DNA of 64,000 nucleotides from Nocardioides sp. (GTDB taxonomy: Bacteria > Actinomycetota > Actinomycetes > Propionibacteriales > Nocardioidaceae), in NCBI RefSeq assembly GCF_047602075.1, contig NZ_JASGIF010000002.1, forward strand, positions 1,322,609 to 1,386,608, read 5' to 3'. Made by a program: the position numbers and the translations under genes. Shown here piece after piece: positions 50,702 through 59,857 of the stretch. The notes below the pieces were generated by a model. It did not search any database. It saw nothing but the letters and a program-made list of their open reading frames with translations, and was not told the DNA's origin. Numbering within the stretch: the first letter of the stretch is position 1; each line of letters begins with the position of its first letter.

Positions 50702-51550
50702 CTAGGAGGCGACCTTCTTCTTGGCGGGCTTCTTGGCGGCCCGCTTCTTGGCCGGAGCCTCGTCCTCGGTGTCCTCGCCGCGTGATGCCTTGGCGGCCTC
50801 CACCGAGCGCTGCAGGGCGGCCAGCAGATCGACCACCTCGCCGGACGACTTCGTCGTGGTGGGAGTTCGCTTGACCTCGCCGCCCTCGATCTTGGCCTCG
50901 ACGAGCGCCTCCAGAGCGGTGGCGTAGTCGTCCTCGAACTCCTCGGGGTCGAAGTCGCCGGCCAGCGTCTGGACCAGCAAGTCGGCCATCTTCACCTCGG
51001 CGTCCTTGATCTCGCCGACCTCGACGGAGAAGTCGGGTTGGCGGATCTCGTCGGGCCACATCATCGTCTGCAGCACGATCACGTCGTCGCGGACACGAAG
51101 CACGGCGATCGAGGTTCGCTGGCGCAGCGCGACGGTCACCACCGCCATCCGGTCGGAGTCCTGCAATGCCTGCCGCAGCAGGGCGTAGGGCTTCGCCCCG
51201 CTCTTCTCCGGCTCGAGGTAGTAGGACTTCTCGAACAGCATCGGGTCGATCTGGTCGCTCGGCACGAACTTCTCGACCGAGATCTCTCGTGACGAGCTGA
51301 CCGGGAGCTCGGCTAGATCCTCGTCGCTGAGGATGACCATCTCGCCGTCCTCGGTCTCATAGCCCTTCGCGATGTCGGCGTACTCGACCTCTTCGCCATC
51401 GAGGGAGCACACCCGCTGATACTTGATCCGGCCACCGTCCTTGGCGTGCACCTGACGGAAGGTCACGTCGTGGGACTCGGTCGCGGAGTAGAGCTTGACG
51501 GGGACGTTCACCAGCCCGAAGGACACCGCGCCCTTCCAGATCGCTCGCAT
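50702..51550 (-). CDS. ku: Ku protein (NHEJ)
   Basis: MRAIWKGAVSFGLVNVPVKLY, VVDLLAALQRS, basic tail. Confidence 0.97.
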   Translation of the reverse strand: MRAIWKGAVSFGLVNVPVKLYSATESHDVTFRQVHAKDGGRIKYQRVCSLDGEEVEYADIAKGYETEDGEMVILSDEDLAELPVSSSREISVEKFVPSDQIDPMLFEKSYYLEPEKSGAKPYALLRQALQDSDRMAVVTVALRQRTSIAVLRVRDDVIVLQTMMWPDEIRQPDFSVEVGEIKDAEVKMADLLVQTLAGDFDPEEFEDDYATALEALVEAKIEGGEVKRTPTTTKSSGEVVDLLAALQRSVEAAKASRGEDTEDEAPAKKRAAKKPAKKKVAS

Positions 51551-51673
51551 GGGGAAGCACCTTTCGCAGCAGTGCGGCGGACCGCAATCGGTCCAGTATC
51601 CGTGAACTCGTCGCGATATGCACCCAGAGGCTCCGCTCCACCTCCGGCGCGCCCATCGTTACGACGCGCCACA

Positions 51674-52612
51674 ATGGTCGCCATGCGTCCGATGCTGGCC
51701 ACCCGTGGCCATCACGTGCCCGAGAGCGCGGACTGGGTCCACGAGGTCAAGTGGGACGGCATGCGGGTGCTGGCGGACCTGGACGCCAGCCGAGGCGATC
51801 GGCGGGTCCGGCTGACCAGTCGCACCGAGCGCGACGTCACGGTCTCCTTCCCCGAGCTGCTCGGTCTCCCCGGCGACGACCTGCTGCTAGACGGCGAGCT
51901 GGTCGCGCTCGTGGACGGCCGGCCGTCCTTCGGCACGCTGGCCGACCGGATGCACGTGAGCAGGGTTGATCGGGCGGCACGGCTGGCGACCGAGATCCCG
52001 ACGACGTTCCTGGTCTTCGACCTGCTCCGCCTGAGTGGGCGTGACCTCACCCGAGAGCCGCTGTGGCGGCGACGCGAGCTGCTCGAACAGCTGGAGCTTG
52101 CCGGTGACCATTGGCTGGTGCCGGAGACTCACCCGGACGGAGCGATGCTCTTCGAAGCGACCCGGCAGCAGGATCTGGAAGGGATCGTCAGCAAGCAATG
52201 GGCCTCGCGCTACGACTTCGGGACGCGCACTCGTCGATGGCTGAAGTTCCCGCACCGCCGTCGAGAGTCCTATGTGGTCGGCGGGTGGCGACCCGAGGTG
52301 GACTCGACGAGTCGGCTCGGGGCGGTCCTGGTCGGGCAGCCGACGTCTGAGGGGCTGCTCTACCGCGGGAGGGTCGGCAGCGGCCTCGCTGGCAGGGTGG
52401 GACAACGGCTCTTGGACTCGCTGCTGTCGATCGGTCGACCGACCAGCCCCTTCGCCGACGAGGTCCCCACCATCGATGCCGCAGGCACCCGATGGGTGGA
52501 GCCGCTCCTCGTGGTCGAGGTGGAGGCGCTCGGTCTGTCCGGCCAGCAGCGGCTGCGGCAGCCGTCGTACCGTGGGCTGCGCCCTGACCTCGGCCCGGAG
52601 GATCTGCCGTGA
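51674..52612 (+). CDS. ligD: ATP-dependent DNA ligase, LigD ligase module
   Basis: EVKWDG, LDGELV, EGIVSK, WLKF, LRQPSYRGLR. Confidence 0.92.
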   Translation: MVAMRPMLATRGHHVPESADWVHEVKWDGMRVLADLDASRGDRRVRLTSRTERDVTVSFPELLGLPGDDLLLDGELVALVDGRPSFGTLADRMHVSRVDRAARLATEIPTTFLVFDLLRLSGRDLTREPLWRRRELLEQLELAGDHWLVPETHPDGAMLFEATRQQDLEGIVSKQWASRYDFGTRTRRWLKFPHRRRESYVVGGWRPEVDSTSRLGAVLVGQPTSEGLLYRGRVGSGLAGRVGQRLLDSLLSIGRPTSPFADEVPTIDAAGTRWVEPLLVVEVEALGLSGQQRLRQPSYRGLRPDLGPEDLP

Positions 52613-53517
52613 GCCCAGCCGCCAGCGAGGTGCGCGTCGATGTCGAGGGGCGCACGCTCAAGCTGAGCAACCTCGACAAGGTGCTCTATCCCCAGACCGG
52701 CACCACCAAGGGAGAGGTGCTGCACTACTACGCGCAGATCGCGCCGGTGCTGCTGCCGCATCTGGCTGGCCGTGCCGTGACCCGGATCCGGTGGCCGAAC
52801 GGCGTGGACGCCCCGAGCTTCTTCGAGAAGAACACGCCGGCCGGGACGCCGTCCTGGGTGCACACGGCGCGCGTCCCGACGACCGGGAGCCGGGCGCCGT
52901 CACGCAACGGCGACCATCTCGTGTTCCCGATCGTCGACGACTTGGCCACGCTGACCTGGCTGGCCAATCTGGCCGCATTGGAGCTGCATGTCCACCAGTG
53001 GCGGGTCGGCCGGAACGGGCAGCCGCGCAACCCCGATCGTCTGGTGATCGACCTCGATCCCGGTGAGCCGGCGGGGCTGTCGGACTGCTGTCGGGTCGCT
53101 CTCTTGGTGCGCGACCGACTCGCCGAGCGCGACCTGGTCGGAAGGCCGGTCGCCAGCGGCTCCAAGGGGATGCATCTGTACGCCGCCCTGCCGGGGAAGC
53201 TGAACCCGGAGGAGACCACGGCGTTGGCCAAGGAGATCGCCGAGGAGCTCCAGACCGAGCACGGCGATCTCGTCACCGCCATGATGACCAAGTCCCGGCG
53301 TCCGGGCAAGGTCTTCTTGGACTGGTCGCAGAACGCTGGCGCGAAGACCACCGTGTCGCCCTACTCCCTACGCGGGCGGCAGCGGCCCCTCGTGGCTGCC
53401 CCGCTGACCTGGGCGGAGGTGGAGGCTGGAGCGGCCGATCCACTGGATATCTCTCAACTCACCTTGACCGAGGTCCTCAAGCGTGCCGCCGACCAGGGCG
53501 ACTTGGTCGCGCCCTGA
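52609..53517 (+). CDS. LigD primase-polymerase module
   Basis: NLDKVLYP, RWPNG, DLDPG, SGSKGMH, LDWSQN, SPYSLR. Confidence 0.92.
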   Translation: MSPAASEVRVDVEGRTLKLSNLDKVLYPQTGTTKGEVLHYYAQIAPVLLPHLAGRAVTRIRWPNGVDAPSFFEKNTPAGTPSWVHTARVPTTGSRAPSRNGDHLVFPIVDDLATLTWLANLAALELHVHQWRVGRNGQPRNPDRLVIDLDPGEPAGLSDCCRVALLVRDRLAERDLVGRPVASGSKGMHLYAALPGKLNPEETTALAKEIAEELQTEHGDLVTAMMTKSRRPGKVFLDWSQNAGAKTTVSPYSLRGRQRPLVAAPLTWAEVEAGAADPLDISQLTLTEVLKRAADQGDLVAP

Positions 53518-53561
53518 CCTGTCTTCGCACTTCCCAGGGGACCACCAGCGCGCTCGACCAG

Positions 53562-54113
53562 TCAGGCCGCCGCGAACTCCTTGGTGGCCTTGCGGAGCGT
53601 GAAGCCGAGGGCGATGAACACCACACCCCAGACCAGTGCGACGATCCCGATGAACACCGTGATGCCGAGGGCGCTGTGACCCGGGTGGGAGATGAACAGG
53701 TAGCCGAGCAGGAAGTCCAGTAGGGCACCCAGCACCAGCAGCCCGCGTGGTGCGGCGGTCCCGCCGCCGATGGCCATCGCAAGCTCGATGATGCCTCGCG
53801 CGATCAGCCAGATGCCGAGGAACCAGGCCAGGATCAGGCCCGCCTTGAGCGGGTGGAAGATCGCGATCAGGCCGGCGGCGAGTGCGATCACACCCATCAG
53901 CGCCAGGCCGATCCGAGCGAGGCCGGAGTGCTCTCGGGTGAACACCTGGACCAGTGAGGAGGCGCCGTCCACGAGCGCGTAGATGCCCCACAGGATCACC
54001 AGTGCCAGCGCGGTGCTCAGCGGCCAGGCAATGGCCAGGATGCCGAAGATGATGGCGACGAACCCCCGCAGCACGATCATCTGCCACGACGGGGTCAACG
54101 AGTCGGTCTCCAT
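53562..54113 (-). CDS. HdeD family (DUF308) membrane protein
   Basis: 6 TM, RG..AIIFGILAIAWP. Confidence 0.88.
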   Translation of the reverse strand: METDSLTPSWQMIVLRGFVAIIFGILAIAWPLSTALALVILWGIYALVDGASSLVQVFTREHSGLARIGLALMGVIALAAGLIAIFHPLKAGLILAWFLGIWLIARGIIELAMAIGGGTAAPRGLLVLGALLDFLLGYLFISHPGHSALGITVFIGIVALVWGVVFIALGFTLRKATKEFAAA

Positions 54114-54183
54114 GGGTCCTCCATAGGTCGTGGCGTCGCGGGGAAGTCGGCGACGCGCCCGCGGAACACGCTACCGTGCGCGC

Positions 54184-55666
54184 ATGTCCATGTCGGGTTC
54201 AACACTCGCTGCCGTGATCGGCGCGCTGGTGGTCGTCGTCGACATCGCGCTGCGCATTCTCGCGCTGGGCGTCATTCCGGAGAACAGGCGGCCGTCGACC
54301 GGCATGGCGTGGCTGCTCCTGGTGCTGCTGAGCCCGGGGCTGGGCCTGATCGCGTTCGCCTTCTTCGGGTCGAATCGACTCGACCGCAAGCGTCGCGCGC
54401 GCCAGCACGAGATCAAGCGCCTCATCGCAGAGCGGGCTCAGGTCGTGGTTGACGACCTGCCCCAGGATGCCGCCCCGGACTACGTGCCGTTGGTGGTGAC
54501 CTTGAACCGCACCCTCGGGTCGTTGCCGCTGTGCGCCGGCAACGCCGTGCAGCTGCTCCCCGACTACGGCGAGACCATCGAGCAGATGACCGAGGCCGTG
54601 GCGCGCGCCGAGCGATCGGTGCACGCGGAGTTCTACATCACCGCCTGGGATCGGTTGACCGACCCGCTCTTTGCGGCCATGACCGATGCCGCCGAGCGCG
54701 GCTGCGAGGTGCGGTTGCTGTTCGACCACCTCGGGTCGCGGGGCATCCCCGGCTACCAGCAGATGCTCGGGCGACTCGAGAAGACGGGGATCGAGTGGCA
54801 CGCGATGCTGCCGATCGCGCCCTTGAAGGGCAAGATCCGTCGCCCCGATCTGCGCAACCACCGCAAGCTGCTCGTCGTCGACGGACGGACCGGGTTCACC
54901 GGCTCGCTCAACCTGACCGAGCCCGGCTACAACAAGCCGAAGAACCACAAGGCCGGCCGGGAGTGGGTCGAGCTGATGATGCGGGTCGAGGGTCGCCTGG
55001 TGACGAGCCTGGAGGGCATCTTCGCCCAGGACTGGTTTGCCGAGACCGGCGATATCCTTGAGGTTCGGCCCGCCCTGCTGGTGGACCCGGTCGATCGGCC
55101 CGGCCAGCTGGACGACGTGGCCGGTCAGCTGGTGCCGAGTGGCCCCGGCTACCCGGCGGAGAACAACCTGCGGCTGTTCACGACGCTGATCTATGCGGCG
55201 ACCCGGAGGCTGTCGATCACCAAGCCCCTACTTCGTGCCGGACGAGTCGCTGCTGTACGCCGTCACGACCGCCGCCCAGCGTGGCGTGGATGTGGAGCTG
55301 TTCGTCAGCGAGGTGTCCGACCAGTTCATGGTGGGCCACGCGCAGGCGTCGTACTACCGGGCGTTGCTCGATGCTGGGGTGCGGATCTACCTCTACCCGG
55401 CGCCGTACATCCTGCACGCCAAGCACTTCACCGTCGACGACCAGGTGGCGGTGATCGGTTCGAGCAACATGGACATGCGCTCCTTCGCGCTGAACTACGA
55501 GGTCAGCACGATGTTGCTCGGGCCGAGCGTGGTCGCCGCGATGCGGGAGGTGCAAGACGACTACCGCGCGCGGTCTCGCGAGCTGACTCGGGTGGAGTGG
55601 GCCGATCGACCATGGCGGCTGCGCTACGTCGACAACGTGATGCGGTTGACCGCTGCACTGCAATAG
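54184..55666 (+). CDS. cls: Cardiolipin synthase (+1 frameshift at ~55222)
   Basis: PLDc_N TM region, RNHRKLLVVD and HAKHFTVDD motifs in two frames. Removing one A at 55222-55223 restores ITSPYF. Confidence 0.9.
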
Positions 55667-55692
55667 AGGGTTGCCGGGCGAAGGGCCACACG

Positions 55693-55737
55693 TGACGGGC
55701 CGCGAGAGTGCTGATGCTCCCTCGCGGCCTTGCGTCA
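55693..55737. terminator. GC-rich hairpin after cls
   Basis: TGACG-GGCCGCGAG...CTCGCGGCC-TTG-CGTCA. Confidence 0.55.
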
Positions 55738-55769
55738 TCGTCGCCGCAACGGTTGTGCCGACCTTGCTC

Positions 55770-55867
55770 GATTGAGGTGGCCGACCCCCGTCCCCACAGC
55801 GGCGGACTCTGCGACGGGGTCTATCTTTCCTCGCCGCTCGGGCGAACCGAATAGTCAGATCTAGTCA
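55770..55867. other. Structured orphan intergenic element (two hairpins, TAGTCA direct repeat)
   Basis: GACCCCCGTC...GACGGGGTC (55783-55821), TCGCC-GCTCG-GGCGA (55831-55845), TAGTCA at 55852 and 55862. Confidence 0.35.
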
Positions 55868-55924
55868 TGGCGCCCCAGCGCCGGAGGTGGGACAATGCCG
55901 GGCCGGGCTGTCTTGGACCCAGGC

Positions 55925-58900
55925 TCAGGGCTCTGGCAGTGGTGGAATGTCGATCGTGCCGACCGGATCGGACACGACCGTCTCACCGGTCCACCCGGCC
56001 ACCAGTAAGCGATACTCCCCGGAGTGCTGGTAGTAGCTGTGGCCGTGCACCACGGCGCCCGGGTCTCCGGCGCTCTCCGGCGGCACCTCCGGCACCCAGT
56101 GGTCCGGCGACGCATCGGCGTCGGAGAAGACTCGGAAGCCGAGCGGGTCCGTGCGCCGGAAGAGATTCGCCCAGTCCCCTCCGACCCCGAACACCCGGTC
56201 CAGGAGTGGACGGCTCGCCCCGCTGTCGTCGACGGCGTCGGTGGGCGGTGCTGGTCGGGGCGGGTGGTACGTCGCCCGCTCGCCGTTGCCTGCGTCCGGG
56301 AAGGCGTCCCCGAGTCGGGTCACCCCTCTGGTGGGCAGGTAGCCTAAGCGGTCCGGACCGAGCACTTGGGGGAAGACCCGGCCGTAGAAGGCTCGAAGCT
56401 GGCTGCCGTAGGTGATCACTCGCACGCGGCGCAGATCGTCGGGGGACAGCCGGCTGACGACGGCGGCCACGATCGCTGAGCCCTGGCTGTGCCCGGAGAG
56501 CACCACCAAGTTCTCCTCACCCGGGCTGCTGTGCAGCGCCCAGTTCAGGCGGGTGTGGACTTCCGGGACGACCCGCTCGGCATAGCAGGGTGGCGCCAGC
56601 GGGTGTGCGGCGCGTGGCCAGAAGGTGGCCAGGTCCCAGACGACTCCGACCCCGCGTCGAGCACCGTCGGAGTTGCGCAGTTGGGAGGCGAGCAGCAGGA
56701 GGGCGAGCCCGAGGAGCAGGACGACATACATCGACAGCGTCGCGAGGTTGCGGGTCCACGGCCAGAGGTCCCAGGGCGGCTCTCCGACCGAGGAGAGCGC
56801 GATCAGCAGAAGGGCCAGGAATGCGGTGATCGCTCCGATCCCGTCGAGGAGGCGCTCGGCTCGATGCGCGAACGCGGCGGTGCGGCGTGCCTTCTGTGCA
56901 GCTGTCCAGGCTTGGATCGGGATGGGGATGTCAGCCTCGAGCTGTTGGTCCAGCGCAGGCAGGCACCCCCGGAAGCGGATGACCGCCACAAAGAAGAAGA
57001 CGGCGACCAGGAGTAGCCACAGCAGCTGGAACATCGGTGACCAGATCAGCACCTGGGGCACGACCAAGGGCCGGGCGGGTGGGTCGGTGACGGCGAGGGT
57101 GACCGGGTCGCCCGGGGCGGCGACGGTCACCAGCCGCCTCGGAGCCGCGAGGGCGCCGCCGGCCACGAAGTCCGGGTCTTCGGCGGAGCAGGTGGTGTCG
57201 TTGGCGCGGGCCGGGCCGCGCAAGCAACTGTCCTCGAGGAGCAGGAGCCGTGACGGGAGGGTGATTTCGGCCGTATCCACGCGGGTGCTGGTCACTGCGC
57301 GGGCCAGCCCCTCTTCTGCGCCGGTCTTCTGGTCGGCTGCGTCGAGGAGTGTGGTCATCTGCAACGAGCCAGCCGTCAGCACCGGGCCATCGGCCGAGCG
57401 GTGGATGATCGCATGCCGAGCCATCACCTCGCCGGTGGCGGCATAGCGCGGGGTGCCGCCGCGTTCGGAGCTGGTCGGCTCGGCGGCGGCGCGGGCGACC
57501 ACGCTGGACCGGGACACCAGATCGGCGACGCCGTGGTCGCGACCGTTGAGGTAGGTCGCCGTCCCGGTGACCACGCCGGTGGTGAACAGCAGCGCAACCC
57601 AGGCGGCGGCGGCCAGCATGACCGAGGCACCGGCGCCGTTCCAGGCCACGGCCGCGAACCGCTCGCGCTGTCGGAAGTGCCAGACGACCAGCGCCAGCCA
57701 CAGGGCCGCGAGGCCGATGCCGCCCACGACCAGGGCGGGGGTGCCGTCGCGCACCCAGCGGGAGTGCAGATGTAGCGCGAGGGCGACCCCGGCGAGCGCG
57801 AACACCGTCAGGATCACCGCGATCGCCCAGCGCGGCCGCATCCGCCCGCCGGTGAACACACTGAGGTGCACCGCCGTCAGCGCGACGAAGACGCCGATGA
57901 ACCAGAGGTTGTGGCCGACGAAGTCGCGGCTCTCGTCCAGGGTCTCGGGCAGAGTCAGCAGCACGATCAGATGGACGACGGTCACCGCCGCCATCGCACC
58001 GAGGAGTGCCAGCGGGAGCTGATCGCGCAGCCAGCGTCGTAGAGATGTGGGTAGGCGCCGCCGCAGCCGCACCACTGGCGAGGTGTGCTCGGGGAAGTAG
58101 TCGATGTCGTCGCGCTGGACGACCTGGCACCAGCAGACCGCGGTCCCGGCGAGAGCGGTCGCGGTGGCGACGGTGAGGCCGACCCGGAGCGAGCGCTCCG
58201 AGCCGACCAGGTAGACGTGCACTCCGGAGAACGCCACGACCACCCAGAGGGCCACCGTGAGATGGATGCGCTGCAGCTGCCGGGTGCGGGTCATGCCGCG
58301 CCACAGGCGCGGGTCTTCCAGCACGCCGCCAGTGCTGGCCGGGGCGGGTGCGCCCGTGCACGCTTCGTAGCGTGCCAGGGTCGCCCGAGAGAGCGCCCAC
58401 AACACCAGGATCACCGCCAGCGGCACACCGCAGCCGACGGCGATCCGCTGGGTCGCGTCCAGCTGGGCCATGAAGTCGAACGCCCTCGGCAGCGCACAGC
58501 CGGGGCTGTCGCCGCGATAGCACTGCCAGGAGATCAGGTCGATACCGACCAGGCACGAGGTGAGCACCATGAAGACGGTGAGCAGCACGGCGCCTAGCCG
58601 GGTGGCGCGGGCGCCCCAGCGCGCCGTACCGCTGTCCTCGTGGAGCCGCACCCGGGCCCAGTAGGACAGATTGGCCAGCGCGAAGGGAAGGAGCAGCAGC
58701 CACAGCGCACGCCACACCCAGCCCAGTGCGCCGCGGGCGCCGGAGGTCAGCGCCCCCCACGAGTAGGCCTCCACCGAGACGCGGGTGTCCGCCAGGTCTC
58801 GCAGCGGGAGCGCGACGCCCGGCCGCGCTCGAAAGATCCCGGTCAGCCGGTCGCCGGCGACCTGGGCGACCTGGTCCGAGCGCAGGCCGAGCATCGACTG

Positions 58901-58963
58901 GGGGGACGTGCCGTGGACGCCGTGGACTCGGAGCTCGACCACCTCGCCCGAGGGTGCGGTCAT
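55925..58963 (-). CDS. Large polytopic membrane protein with split alpha/beta-hydrolase domain
   Basis: N-terminal VHGVHG/AYSWG; many TM helices; C-terminal GHSQG, ITYGSQL, RTDPLG, HGHSYY. Confidence 0.8.
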   Translation of the reverse strand: MTAPSGEVVELRVHGVHGTSPQSMLGLRSDQVAQVAGDRLTGIFRARPGVALPLRDLADTRVSVEAYSWGALTSGARGALGWVWRALWLLLLPFALANLSYWARVRLHEDSGTARWGARATRLGAVLLTVFMVLTSCLVGIDLISWQCYRGDSPGCALPRAFDFMAQLDATQRIAVGCGVPLAVILVLWALSRATLARYEACTGAPAPASTGGVLEDPRLWRGMTRTRQLQRIHLTVALWVVVAFSGVHVYLVGSERSLRVGLTVATATALAGTAVCWCQVVQRDDIDYFPEHTSPVVRLRRRLPTSLRRWLRDQLPLALLGAMAAVTVVHLIVLLTLPETLDESRDFVGHNLWFIGVFVALTAVHLSVFTGGRMRPRWAIAVILTVFALAGVALALHLHSRWVRDGTPALVVGGIGLAALWLALVVWHFRQRERFAAVAWNGAGASVMLAAAAWVALLFTTGVVTGTATYLNGRDHGVADLVSRSSVVARAAAEPTSSERGGTPRYAATGEVMARHAIIHRSADGPVLTAGSLQMTTLLDAADQKTGAEEGLARAVTSTRVDTAEITLPSRLLLLEDSCLRGPARANDTTCSAEDPDFVAGGALAAPRRLVTVAAPGDPVTLAVTDPPARPLVVPQVLIWSPMFQLLWLLLVAVFFFVAVIRFRGCLPALDQQLEADIPIPIQAWTAAQKARRTAAFAHRAERLLDGIGAITAFLALLLIALSSVGEPPWDLWPWTRNLATLSMYVVLLLGLALLLLASQLRNSDGARRGVGVVWDLATFWPRAAHPLAPPCYAERVVPEVHTRLNWALHSSPGEENLVVLSGHSQGSAIVAAVVSRLSPDDLRRVRVITYGSQLRAFYGRVFPQVLGPDRLGYLPTRGVTRLGDAFPDAGNGERATYHPPRPAPPTDAVDDSGASRPLLDRVFGVGGDWANLFRRTDPLGFRVFSDADASPDHWVPEVPPESAGDPGAVVHGHSYYQHSGEYRLLVAGWTGETVVSDPVGTIDIPPLPEP

Positions 58964-59117
58964 CCCTATGGACTAGCAGCATCCGCACTCGATACGCAAC
59001 GTGTTGCCCGGTCGGAGTCGTGGCGGAGGTCACCTCGAGCCGGGAATGTCTGGCTCGGCCACGCGGTTGTCCCTCTCGAAGGCTTGTTGAAGAATCAATC
59101 GCTTCTGGGAGCAACAC

Positions 59118-59660
59118 ATGAAGGTCCTGGTCCTCGTCGGCAGCCTGCGCGACGACTCGGTGAACCGTCGGCTGGCTGACGCCGCGATCTCGCATCTGCC
59201 AGCCGGTGCGCAGGCAGTGATCTGGAACGGGATCGCCGAGCTGCCGCACTACAGCGAGGAGCTCGACGGCGCCGACGCTCCTGCCCGGGTGCAGCAGTTG
59301 CGCGATGCCGTCGCGTCGGCGGACGCGCTGATCCTGGTCACCCCGGAGTACAACGGCTCCCTGCCAGGCTCGCTCAAGAACGCCATCGACTGGCTCTCCC
59401 GGCCCCGAGGCAGCGCCGCCATCGCCGGCAAGCCGGTGGCCGTGCTCGCCGCCAGCGGCTCGCCGCGCGGCGCGCAGTGGGCTCGCGAGGACGCCGTGCG
59501 CATCCTCAAGGTCGCCGGCGCCGCGCCGCTGGAGAGCACCGTCGGCGTCCCGATCGCCCACCAGGTGTTGGTGGACGGTGTCGTGGCCGATGCCGCCGTC
59601 GACGCCGAGATCGCTGCCCTGGTCGCCCAGCTCAGCGACCTGCCTGTCGTCGCCGCGTAA
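59118..59660 (+). CDS. NADPH-dependent FMN reductase
   Basis: LVGSLR..S.N, TPEYNGSLPGSLKNAIDWLSRP. Confidence 0.93.
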   Translation: MKVLVLVGSLRDDSVNRRLADAAISHLPAGAQAVIWNGIAELPHYSEELDGADAPARVQQLRDAVASADALILVTPEYNGSLPGSLKNAIDWLSRPRGSAAIAGKPVAVLAASGSPRGAQWAREDAVRILKVAGAAPLESTVGVPIAHQVLVDGVVADAAVDAEIAALVAQLSDLPVVAA

Positions 59661-59723
59661 GGGCGTCATCCCTACGCCGCGCGTCGCCTGGCTATCCGGC
59701 CGCGGGTTGCTGGCGGCCGTGAG

Positions 59724-59817
59724 CCATCTCCCGCGGTGCTGTGGTGGCTGAGGACCCGGTGTACGAGGCACTTTGCCACTACAAGACCGCGGCAGACGCA
59801 AGAACACCGCGGCAGAC
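59724..59817 (+). repeat. REP/BIME-like repeat, copy 4 (single left module)
   Basis: CCATCTCCCGCGGTGCTGTGGTGGC-TGAGGACCCGGTGTACGAGGCACTTT-GCCACTACAAGACCGCGGCAGAC-GCAAGAACACCGCGGCAGAC. Confidence 0.9.
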
Positions 59818-59857
59818 CAGGACACCAACGACCCTGATCGGCGGGGACCCGCAGGAC

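Noticed and set aside
59741-59817. Recurrent peptide VAEDPVYxALCHYKTAxDARxPRQT in four ORF-track entries
   Set aside because: It is the translation of the repeat element; it uses codons rare for this genome (AGA, GTA, CTT) and has no SD. Open frames are expected at this GC content.
56931-59828. 965-aa plus-strand ORF and other long overlapping ORFs (4909..6534, 37608..39368, 48958..50496 etc.)
   Set aside because: Antisense or alternate-frame shadows of well-supported genes; Arg/Pro/Gly-rich with no motifs, typical of high-GC DNA.
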